The notes under the pieces were generated by a model. That model made no database searches, was not told the origin of the DNA, and worked only from the letters and a program-made list of their open reading frames with translations. DNA of 64,000 nucleotides, taken from contig CANJRC010000001.1 in the NCBI GenBank assembly GCA_947476535.1, positions 60,023 through 124,022 of the forward strand. The letters run 5' to 3'. This DNA is from Betaproteobacteria bacterium. Lineage in GTDB: Bacteria > Pseudomonadota > Gammaproteobacteria > Burkholderiales > SG8-39. Of this stretch, positions 33,799 to 42,537 are shown piece by piece (position 1 is the stretch's first letter; each line of letters begins with the position of its first letter). The translations under genes were made by a program, and so were the position numbers.

Positions 33799-35418
33799 TT
33801 ATGATGACAATTGTGCCACCGGCAGCGGCGGCAGCCCGAGAATCATGTCGGCGGCCTTCTCGCCGATCATGATCGCGGACGCATTGGTGTTGCCACCGGG
33901 CACGGTCGGCATGATGGAAGCATCGGCCACACGCAGGCCTTCCACGCCATGCACCCGAAGCTGCGCATCAACCACCGCAGCGCGTTCATCGCGCCCCATG
34001 GCGCAGCTCCCCACCAGGTGATAGGCCGTGCCGCTCGTGCGGCGCACGTAGTTCGCAAGCGCAGCATCGTCGTGAACCGCCGGCCCCGGCAACACCTCCG
34101 GCCCACGCACCGGGTCCCAGGCTTTCTGCGCCAGCAGTTTGCGCCCGAGCTTCATCGCCGTGACCATCAGGTCGAGGTCTTCGGACTCGCGCCAGTAGGC
34201 CGGGTCGATCATGGGCGCGGCGTCCGCGCCCGGCCCCGTGAGCCCGATGCGCCCGCGCCCCTTGGGACGCATGAGGATGGGGATGATGCTGTAGCCCTGC
34301 CCCTTGCCGGTCGGGTTGGCCGGCGTGCGGTTGTTGGGATAGAGCGCGAACAACAGGTCCGGCCGATCGAGGTCATCGCGCGAGCGCACGTAGCCGCAGG
34401 CATGCCCAACGTTGTTGGCAAACACACCGGTGCGAAGGAACAGGTACTTGAACACCTGCAGGGCGCCCCAAGGCAGGCGCGACAACGACAGGCCATAAGG
34501 CAATGACGAATCAGAGGCATGGTTGATCAGGCACGTGTAATGATCCTGCACATTGCCGCCCACGCCGGGCAGCGCGTGCAACACGGCAATGCCGAAGCGC
34601 GCGAGTTCTTCGGGATTGCCGATGCCCGAGCGCATCAGCATCAGAGGCGAGCCGACGGCGCCGCCTGCAAGCACGACTTCGCGCTGGGCAACGATCCGGC
34701 GCCGGGCGCCCGCTTGCACGACGACCACGCCGTTGGCGCGCCGCCCCTCGAACGCCACCGTGTCCGCAAGGCAATCGGTCAGCACCGTCAGGTTCTTGCG
34801 ATGCATCACGGGCTTGAGGAATGCCACCGCGGTGGACTGCCGGCGCCCACGCCAGATGGTGGCCTGCCGCCTGCCGAATCCCTCCTGCTCCTCGCCGTTC
34901 ATGTCCAGGTTGACCCGCCAGCCGGCGCTGAGCGCCGCATCGAACATCATGTCCGTCAGCGGTGAGTACGACTCCACATTGCCCACGCGCAAGGGGCCGT
35001 GGGTGCCGTGGTACGGGCCGCCGTGCTGGGCGTTGGTCTCGCTGCGATTGAAGTACGGCAGCACCTCGCGATACGACCAGCCGGGATTGCCGGCGGCGGC
35101 CCAGTCGTCGAAGTCCAGGCGATGGCCGCGCAGGTACACCATGCCGTTGATGGCGCTGGTTCCGCCCAGTGTCCTGCCGCGCGGCGTGTAGACCTGCCGC
35201 CCCGCGGCATGCGCCTGTTGCACGGTGGAAAAGCGCCAGTTGTAGGTGCGGTGCTGCATCAACGGCAGGATGCCCAGCGGCACGTGGATAAGCGGGCTGT
35301 TGTCGGGCGGACCTGCCTCGATGAGGCACACACTGTTGTTGGCATCGGCCGACAGGCGGTTGGCGAGCACACAACCGGCCGAGCCGGCGCCGACGATCAC
35401 GTAATCGAATGCCTGCAT
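33799..35418 (-). CDS. GMC family oxidoreductase (choline-dehydrogenase-like)
   Basis: [32 protein letters not shown], and C-terminal HLVGSCAMG...VADASIMP. Confidence 0.9.
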   Translation of the reverse strand: MQAFDYVIVGAGSAGCVLANRLSADANNSVCLIEAGPPDNSPLIHVPLGILPLMQHRTYNWRFSTVQQAHAAGRQVYTPRGRTLGGTSAINGMVYLRGHRLDFDDWAAAGNPGWSYREVLPYFNRSETNAQHGGPYHGTHGPLRVGNVESYSPLTDMMFDAALSAGWRVNLDMNGEEQEGFGRRQATIWRGRRQSTAVAFLKPVMHRKNLTVLTDCLADTVAFEGRRANGVVVVQAGARRRIVAQREVVLAGGAVGSPLMLMRSGIGNPEELARFGIAVLHALPGVGGNVQDHYTCLINHASDSSLPYGLSLSRLPWGALQVFKYLFLRTGVFANNVGHACGYVRSRDDLDRPDLLFALYPNNRTPANPTGKGQGYSIIPILMRPKGRGRIGLTGPGADAAPMIDPAYWRESEDLDLMVTAMKLGRKLLAQKAWDPVRGPEVLPGPAVHDDAALANYVRRTSGTAYHLVGSCAMGRDERAAVVDAQLRVHGVEGLRVADASIMPTVPGGNTNASAIMIGEKAADMILGLPPLPVAQLSS

Positions 35419-35432
35419 GGCGTCCCCTTTCA

Positions 35433-37064
35433 CTATGCCTCGATGGGCGCGAGCGCCGGGCGCCCCAGCACCATGTCGGCAGCCTTCTCGCCGATCATGA
35501 TTGCGGGCGCATTGGTGTTGCCGCCGATGATGCGCGGCATGATGGAGGCATCGGCCACCCTGAGCCCCTCGACCCCGCGCACGCGCAACTGGTTATCCAC
35601 CACCGCATCGTCACCCTGCCCCATGCGGCAGGTGCCCACCGGATGGAAGGCCGTGGCGCAACGATTACGCGCGTAGGCCTCAAGCGCTGCGTCGTCGCGA
35701 ACGCCCTCGCCGGGAAGGATCTCCGGGCCGCGCACCGGATCGAAAGCCGGGTCGGCGAGCATTTGGCGCGCGAGCTTCATGCCGTGCACCACGAGATCGA
35801 CGTCGGCGCGCGCACTGAGGAACTGCGGGTCGATCACGGGCGCTGCCAGCGGGTCGGCGCTCGCGATGGTGACGCGCCCGTGACTCTCGGGCCGCAGCAG
35901 CAGCACGATGATGCCGTAGCCATGCCCCTTGGCATTGGGGTTCTCCGGCGTGCGTCCGGCGGGCAGCAGGATGAACTGCAGGTCGGGACGATCGAGGTCG
36001 GGGCGCGAGCGAATGAAGCCGCCCGCATGCAGGATATTGTTGGCGAAGGCGCCGCTGCGCACAAACAAGTACTTGAGCACCTGCCCACCAAGCCAGGGCA
36101 GCTTCGCCGCTGTCAGCCCGTACGGGATCGTCGACTCGGTGACGTGGCCCACCTGCGTGATGAGGTGGTCCTGCAGGTTGCGGCCGACGCCAGGCAGATC
36201 GACCACGCTCGCAATGCCCAGGCGCGCGAGTTCTGCCGCCTCGCCGATGCCCGAGCGCAGCAGGATCGCCGGCGACGCGTAGGTGCCGCCGGCGAGGATG
36301 ATTTCGCGCCGCGCACGGATATGCCGACCGGCTTGCCGACCTCGGCTGCCCGTAGTCGCGTCGATCACGTCGATGCTCACGGCGCGCCGGCCCTCGAACA
36401 CGATCTTGTCGACGAGCACGCCGTTCTTCACCACGAGGTTCGGCCGCTGCAGCACTGGCCGCAGAAATGCGATGGACGTGGAATGCCGGCGCCCGCGCTT
36501 GATGGTGGCCTGGCGCCGGGAAAAGCCCTCCTGCGCCGCGCCGTTGAAGTCCTCGATCACCGGGTAGCCCATGCGCCGGGCCGCGGCGAACATCATGTCC
36601 ATCAGCGGCGAATACGATTCCACGTCGCACACGTTGAGCGGCCCGCCCTTGCCGTGATAGGGCGCGCCGAATTTCTCGTTGTGCTCGCTTCGAAGGAAAT
36701 ACGGCAGCACCTCGCGATACGACCAGCCCGGGTTGGCCGCCGCCGCCCACTCGTCGTAGTCGCCGCGGTGGCCACGCATGTACACCATGCCGTTGATGGA
36801 ACTGGTGCCGCCCAGGGTTTTTCCGCGCGGCGCATAGATGGACCGGTCGGCCGTGCCCGGCTGCGGCACAGTGTTGAAACACCAATTGAGCAGCGGGTGC
36901 GTCATCAGCGGCAGCATGCCCAGCGGCACGTGGATTAGCGGGCTCGTGTCCGGAGGTCCCGCTTCGAGCAGGCACACCCGGGTATTCGGGTCAGCCGACA
37001 GCCGGTTGGCGAGCACGCAGCCCGCCGAGCCCGCGCCCACAATCACATAATCGAAATCATCCAT
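35433..37064 (-). CDS. GMC family oxidoreductase, tandem paralog
   Basis: [23 protein letters not shown]. Collinear with 33799..35418. Confidence 0.9.
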   Translation of the reverse strand: MDDFDYVIVGAGSAGCVLANRLSADPNTRVCLLEAGPPDTSPLIHVPLGMLPLMTHPLLNWCFNTVPQPGTADRSIYAPRGKTLGGTSSINGMVYMRGHRGDYDEWAAAANPGWSYREVLPYFLRSEHNEKFGAPYHGKGGPLNVCDVESYSPLMDMMFAAARRMGYPVIEDFNGAAQEGFSRRQATIKRGRRHSTSIAFLRPVLQRPNLVVKNGVLVDKIVFEGRRAVSIDVIDATTGSRGRQAGRHIRARREIILAGGTYASPAILLRSGIGEAAELARLGIASVVDLPGVGRNLQDHLITQVGHVTESTIPYGLTAAKLPWLGGQVLKYLFVRSGAFANNILHAGGFIRSRPDLDRPDLQFILLPAGRTPENPNAKGHGYGIIVLLLRPESHGRVTIASADPLAAPVIDPQFLSARADVDLVVHGMKLARQMLADPAFDPVRGPEILPGEGVRDDAALEAYARNRCATAFHPVGTCRMGQGDDAVVDNQLRVRGVEGLRVADASIMPRIIGGNTNAPAIMIGEKAADMVLGRPALAPIEA

Positions 37065-37091
37065 GCAGCCTCCTCCTCGGACCCGAGAATA

Positions 37092-37994
37092 TCAGCCCCG
37101 ATCGCCCGCGGTCGATTTACCCCCGCGCCATTTCGGCCACAGGAGGTTAATCGTCAACCCGAGCATGATCAGTAGCGCCGCGACCAGCTTCCACGCCGGC
37201 AATGGCTCGCCGAGCAGCAGCGCCGAGCTGCTCATGCCGAACACCGGCACCAACAGCGCCATGGGCGCGACGGTCGCCGCCGGATAGCGCGCGAGGAGCC
37301 ACCCCCAGGTTACGTAACCGAAAAGGGTATTGCCCCAGGCCTGCCAGCCCACCACGAGCCAGGTGCCCGCGTCGGCATCGCGTACGCCCGTCGAGATCGC
37401 GTCCCAGCCTTCGAAAACAAGCGAGAGCAGGAACAGCGGCGGCACGGCAAAGGCGCTTGCCCACACCACGTAGGACAGGATGTTGACCGGCCCGGCCTGC
37501 GTGGCCGTGATGTTGCCGCCCGCCCAACAGGCCGCGGCGACCAGCATCAGCGCGACGCCCAACGGTGTGGTCACGCCGCCGGTATGCGTGAGGATCACGC
37601 CAAGGCCCGCAGCCGCGAGGAGCAGCGCGCCCCACTGGTAGCCGCGCACGCGCTCGCCCCTGATCAGAACGGACAGGCCCACCGTGAAGAACACCTGCGT
37701 CTGCACCACCAGCGAGGCGAGCCCCGGCGAAATGTGGCCCTTCATCGCGATGTATAGCAGGCCGAACTGGCCCACGCCGATCAATACGCCGTAGAGACCG
37801 AGGTTTCGCCAGCTGCATGCCGGTCGCGCGATGAAGAACATCGCCGGCACCAGCGCCAGGGCAAAGCGCAGCGTGGCGAACAGCAGCGGCGGGATGTGCT
37901 CCAGCGCGTAGGGCACCACCACGAAATTGCTGCCCCACACCGCCGTGAGGGCGATGGCGAGCAGGAAATGGCGCGGGGACAGGCTGGATGGCAT
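37092..37994 (-). CDS. EamA/DMT-superfamily transporter
   Basis: Ten predicted TM helices with duplicated EamA halves. 300 aa. Confidence 0.8.
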   Translation of the reverse strand: MPSSLSPRHFLLAIALTAVWGSNFVVVPYALEHIPPLLFATLRFALALVPAMFFIARPACSWRNLGLYGVLIGVGQFGLLYIAMKGHISPGLASLVVQTQVFFTVGLSVLIRGERVRGYQWGALLLAAAGLGVILTHTGGVTTPLGVALMLVAAACWAGGNITATQAGPVNILSYVVWASAFAVPPLFLLSLVFEGWDAISTGVRDADAGTWLVVGWQAWGNTLFGYVTWGWLLARYPAATVAPMALLVPVFGMSSSALLLGEPLPAWKLVAALLIMLGLTINLLWPKWRGGKSTAGDRG

Positions 37995-38256
37995 GAATTA
38001 TTCTGTCAGTATTTATTTTGCGGTTATCCGTTCAACATGGATTCCGCCTTTAATTTGTCAGGAAATAAATGTCACGCCCAAGGCTCGCCAAACACCCCGG
38101 CTGTGAGGCGTCGCCAACATGCGCAGACTGTAACACGCTGATGGCGGGCGACCCGCCCCGAGCCATGGCGCGACCTCTGCGAGCTCGAGAGCCATTGTGT
38201 AAGATGCAGACGTTCGGCAAGCCCGGCGCAGTGCACCTATTCCACAGGAGGACAGC

Positions 38257-39045
38257 ATGCAAATCGTCACACGCGAGCAGACCCAGCAGCGGGAAATCCA
38301 GACCAAGGAATACGTATCGGTGGTCAACCCTTATTACGGGTCGATCCTGGAGACCTTCGAAGGCCCGCAGGCCTTCCTCGTCGACATGCCGAGCGAAGGC
38401 TCGACCATCCACCCGCACTTTCATGACATCGACCAGTTTCAGGTCATCGTGCGCGGCGACGGCCGCCTCGGGCCCGGCCCGGCGCGCCCGGTCGCGTTCC
38501 ACTACGCCGATGCCTTCACGCCCTACGGTCCCATCGTCGGCGGCGAAAAAGGCATCTCCTTCTATACCATCCGCGCAGCCTGCTCGACGGGCTACTTCCC
38601 CATGCCCGAGGCGCGCCACAAGATTCCCGGCAAACCCGGTCGCAACATCGCCGGCCAGTTCGACATCGACCAGCCGCTGCCGGCCGTGGGACAGCACACC
38701 CGGGAACGGCTGCTCGAAGCCAAGCCTGACAACGTGCTCGTCGTGGGCCTGCGCATGGGACCCGATGCCAAGGCAGCGGGAGAACCCACCGACGGCGGCG
38801 ACCAGTACTACCTCGTGTGCAGCGGGTCGCTGTCGCAGGACGGCAAGGAATTGCCGCCGCTCACCCTCATTCGCCTCGAGCGCGGCGAAGCGACGCCAAG
38901 CTTCACCGCTGGCCCCAAGGGCGCGCAGGTACTGATATTGCAGCTGCCCATGCCGACCGATCGCATCGGTTCTGACCCGGCGAAACTCGCGCAGCGCGAA
39001 TTCGGCGCCTACGAGACCCCGCCCGGGATGATCATGGCGAACTGA
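38257..39045 (+). CDS. Cupin-domain protein of unknown function
   Basis: CAGGAGG RBS. HPHFHDIDQFQVIVRG cupin motif 1. I recognise no specific family. Confidence 0.6.
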   Translation: MQIVTREQTQQREIQTKEYVSVVNPYYGSILETFEGPQAFLVDMPSEGSTIHPHFHDIDQFQVIVRGDGRLGPGPARPVAFHYADAFTPYGPIVGGEKGISFYTIRAACSTGYFPMPEARHKIPGKPGRNIAGQFDIDQPLPAVGQHTRERLLEAKPDNVLVVGLRMGPDAKAAGEPTDGGDQYYLVCSGSLSQDGKELPPLTLIRLERGEATPSFTAGPKGAQVLILQLPMPTDRIGSDPAKLAQREFGAYETPPGMIMAN

Positions 39046-39132
39046 TCACCAACACTGCGAGGCAGCGGGGATCACTCGCCCCGCCAATCCCTCCATCGGC
39101 CGTGCCCGGGCAATCCTCCTGGCGCGGCCGAT

Positions 39133-39708
39133 TTACTTCGGGGACGCCTTGCCGAAGCGGCCGACGAAGGCCACGAGCTCGATATCGCGCAGCACGCTCA
39201 GGTTCTTCTCTGCGGCGAAGGCCTCTGCCTGCGGCGAGAGCTCACCCGCCGTCACGAAGATGCCGGCGCGCACATCACCTGACTCACGCGCCGACTGCAG
39301 CTCGCGCAGCGGCGCGACGCCTGCCTGGGTCACCTTCCAGCGCCGGCAGGCCACCAGCGTCACGTAACCCTGCTTGCGCAATTCCATGTCGACCGCGCCG
39401 CCGCGGGTCGCTGTCACCTCGTAGCCCTCGCGACGAAAGCCATCGGCGACCAGCGCCGAGAACTCGTCCCAGGACATGCCGCGCAGGTGTGCGAGCGTGG
39501 CCTCCACGCGCGCGGCCCCGGGCACCTTCATCTGCCGCCAGGCGCCGTAGATCGCGAGCGCCAGCCACGGAAAGGTGGACGCGGCCGCTGCCAGCGACGG
39601 CAGGAACAGGCGCGAGGCGAAGAAGAGACCCACCGCAATCAACAGGCTCGCCCACCAGGGCGAGCGCAGCAGGATGGAGAACAGTGAATCCTTGTGAGGC
39701 TTGAACAT
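39133..39708 (-). CDS. Membrane-anchored restriction-endonuclease-like (Mrr_cat) protein
   Basis: Two N-terminal TM helices followed by FEALV-type core (SWDEFSALVADGFRREGYEV...VDMEL...VACRRWK), the PD-(D/E)xK Mrr catalytic pattern. Confidence 0.65.
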   Translation of the reverse strand: MFKPHKDSLFSILLRSPWWASLLIAVGLFFASRLFLPSLAAAASTFPWLALAIYGAWRQMKVPGAARVEATLAHLRGMSWDEFSALVADGFRREGYEVTATRGGAVDMELRKQGYVTLVACRRWKVTQAGVAPLRELQSARESGDVRAGIFVTAGELSPQAEAFAAEKNLSVLRDIELVAFVGRFGKASPK

Positions 39709-39775
39709 TGGGCCGATCCGGCTGCCGGTTAGGGAGCCGGATTATAGGGGCCATCACAGCCTCTCGAGAATTTAT

Positions 39776-40732
39776 CTACTCCGCCTTGTAACCGGTGGCG
39801 CGAATTGCGTCCGTCCAGAAGCGCACTTCCGCCTCGTACTGCTTCATCTGCTCTTCAGGCGTGGTGCCGAGCGCTTCGCCACCCGACGATTTGCGGATCT
39901 GCTCGACGATGGCCGGCGTCCTGACCGCTGCCGCCGCCTCGGCGGAAAGCTTGGCAATGATGTCGCGCGGCGTGCCCAGCGGTGCCCACAGTCCATAGTA
40001 GGCGGGCACCTCGAAATTCGGCAGCCCGACTTCCGGTGCGGCGGGCACGTCCGGCACGACCGCCACGCGCTTGGTGGCGAGCGCGAACAGGGCACGCACC
40101 TTGCCCGCCTGCAATTGGGCGGTGTAGGTCTGCGCCGATCCCATGCCCAGGTCCACTTCGCCGGAGAGCAGCGCGATCATGACCTGGGGACTGGACTTGT
40201 AGGGAATGCTGCGCGACTCGAAGCCCGCGCGATCGCCGAGAACCTTCATCGGAATGTCGACGATGGCGGCCGGCGAACCATGCTTGAGGCTGCCCGGGTT
40301 CGCCTTCGAATAGGCCACCAGTTCCTGCAGCGTGGTCACCGGGAGCGAAGACCGCACGACCAGGACCCATGGCGTGGACACCAACTGGGATACGGGCAGG
40401 AGGTCCTTGCCCGCATCCACCGCGTTCTCGCGCACGAACAGCGAATGGCTCTGCATCACGAGGCTGTAGAACAGCGTGTAGCCATCGGGCGAAGCACCGA
40501 CCACGGCCTTGGCGCCGATCCGCGAATTGGCGCCGGGCCGGTTCTCGACGATCACCGGCTGGCCCATGCGGCGCGTCAGCTCCTCGGCCACCGGCCGGAT
40601 GGTGACATCCACCACGGAGGCCGGCGGATTGCCGATGATGATGCGTACGGGCCTCGAGGGGTAGGTCTGCGCGAGCGCAGTGCCCGCCGACATGGCCACA
40701 GCAATCAGTGCCGCCGAAACAAGCGTCTTCAT
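39776..40732 (-). CDS. Bug-family (TctC-like) tripartite tricarboxylate transporter substrate-binding protein
   Basis: GGAGGAGG RBS. Signal peptide, then QTYPSRPVRIIIGNPPAS (Bug N-terminal signature). 318 aa. Confidence 0.88.
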   Translation of the reverse strand: MKTLVSAALIAVAMSAGTALAQTYPSRPVRIIIGNPPASVVDVTIRPVAEELTRRMGQPVIVENRPGANSRIGAKAVVGASPDGYTLFYSLVMQSHSLFVRENAVDAGKDLLPVSQLVSTPWVLVVRSSLPVTTLQELVAYSKANPGSLKHGSPAAIVDIPMKVLGDRAGFESRSIPYKSSPQVMIALLSGEVDLGMGSAQTYTAQLQAGKVRALFALATKRVAVVPDVPAAPEVGLPNFEVPAYYGLWAPLGTPRDIIAKLSAEAAAAVRTPAIVEQIRKSSGGEALGTTPEEQMKQYEAEVRFWTDAIRATGYKAE

Positions 40733-40883
40733 CTTGACCTCCTCCAGGGTTGCGACGCTCCCATCATATCCGGCGAGCATCGCCATCGCCACAGGATTTG
40801 CACTGCATCGCGTCATTGACTGCACCCCAACCGGTCTGCACAATCGGGCACCGCCCCACACCTTGGGGATGAGGAGAACCGCC

Positions 40884-42515
40884 ATGAAATTCGTGCTTCC
40901 CGTCGCCCCCATGCCGGTGTCGCAGGCTCGCCCGGCGCCACGCCCGCAACCGGGCAAACGGCTCAAAGTCGGCCTCCTGCACAACGGCAAGCCCAACGGC
41001 GACGCCATCATCCAGTCGGTGTTCGACGCGCTTGCCGTGCGCGGGATCGCGGCCGACTCGGTGTCGCATTCGAAGCCGCAGGCGGGCGAGCCGCTCTCGG
41101 CGGCCATGCTGGAGGAACTGAAGCACTGCGACCTGGTGGTCACTGCGCTGGCCAATTGAGGGGCCTGCACGTCGTGGAGTGTCCACGACAGCGTACAGAT
41201 CGAAAAAGCCGGTGTGCCCACGCTCACCTTTGTCACCGACGCGTTCGTCCCGCTAGCCGAGCGCGTCTCGGCAAGCCTCGACCTGCCGATGCCGCTCCTG
41301 CGCACGCAGGTGCTGCCGCATGCCATCTCCAGCGAAGAACGCAGCGCCGCCTACGAGGCGATGGCCGGGTACCAGGACAGCATCGAACAGGCGATCTTCG
41401 CACCGGTCGCCGCCGACGCCGCAGCAGATGGAGCGACGGCGGCAGCGCCAGCAAATGCGCCACTCGAACGCATCGAGATCGACGGTGACGAGGAGGCAGT
41501 AGCAGACCTCTACCGCAGCCGCGGCTGGCTGGACGGCCTGCCCATCGTGCCGCCCACGGAAGCCCGCGTCGAGCGCATGCTCGGGCCGCTCGCATCGCAG
41601 CGCCAGCGCCAGCTCGGGAAAGTGCCACCCAAGGGCCGGCCGCTGACGTTGGAGAGCCTTGCCGTGTGCGCTGTCCTGGCCGGCTGCGCGCCTGCAACCT
41701 TCCCGGTGGTGGTGGCCGCCGCGCGCGCCATGCTGCGGCCCGAATTCAACCTGCTCGGCATCAACACCACCACCAACGCCGCGGCACCGCTGCTGATCGC
41801 GAGCGGCCCCATCGCGAATGCGGTCGGCATCCAGGGTGGCAACGATGTGTTCGGCGCATTTCACCGCGCCAATATCACCATCGGCCGCGCGATGCGCCTC
41901 ATGATGATCGCGGTGGGCGACTGCCGCCCCGGCGACGGGGACATGGCCACCCAGGGCCAGGGCATGAAGGCCGGCATCTGCATCACCGAAAACACCTCGC
42001 CCTGGGAGCACCTGCACGTGGAGCTGGGCTGCCGAGCCGATGAAAGCACCGTGGCCGCAATCTCGGTGACGGCGCAGTTCAACCTGCTCGACTTCGCCAG
42101 CCGCAATGCCGATGACCTCTTGGGCATGATCGCGCGCACCATCTCGACGCCGGGCATGCAGAATGCGCAACTCGGCTACGGACCGGTGATCGTGTTCGGC
42201 ATCGAGCACGCGCGCATCCTCGCCGCGGCCGGCCTCACCAAGGCGGACGTCAAGCGCCGCCTCTTCGAGGAAGCCCGGCTGCCGCTCTCGGCCTTCAGCC
42301 CGGAGACGGTGGACGACGTGCTCAAGGTGCGCAGGCCGCAATGGGCCTTTGCCGAGCGCAACCCGTCGGGCGTGGTGCCCATGGCCGATGCACCCGGCGA
42401 CTTCACGCTGCTCGTGGCAGGCGGCGAAGGCCAGCACAGCGTGCTGTTGCCGACGTTCCTCGCGCCGCGGCCTGTGCTGGTGAAGGTGGGGAAGGACGGC
42501 CTCGGGGGCGAGTGA
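40884..42515 (+). CDS. Candidate selenoprotein P1: U-G-A-C redox module fused to a large uncharacterised domain (UGA 41157-41159 read as Sec, codon 92)
   Basis: ORFs 40680..41159 and 41214..42515 are in one frame and separated only by a TGA. GAGGAG lies 7 nt before ATG 40884. A paralog on the opposite strand has a TGA at the homologous site. A hairpin starts 11 nt after the TGA. Confidence 0.7.
41171..41189 (+). promoter_or_regulatory. Candidate bacterial SECIS hairpin for P1
   Basis: GTCGTGG-AGUGU-CCACGAC (7-8 bp stem). It begins 11 nt after the last base of UGA 41157-41159. Confidence 0.6.
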
Positions 42516-42537
42516 GCGGAGCCTCCTCCCCTCCCAC

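Noticed and set aside
41157-41159. Alternative reading: the TGAs at 41157-41159 and 43969-43971 are ordinary stops, giving four separate genes (91-aa and 113-aa stubs plus GTG-initiated 433-aa and 470-aa proteins).
   Set aside because: This reading would need two independent short genes that both end exactly before a G-[A/S]-C-T peptide conserved in-frame in the paralog. It would also need downstream genes that start at GTG without an RBS, 18 and 6 codons later, and identical hairpin spacing after both stops. Read-through is the simpler explanation, but it stays unproven without homolog or selB/selC evidence.
39776-41326. 516-aa minus-strand ORF extending the Bug gene upstream across the P1 locus.
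   Set aside because: The Bug signature, signal peptide and a strong GGAGGAGG RBS define the start at 40732. The upstream extension is low-complexity and overlaps the well-supported P1 coding frame.
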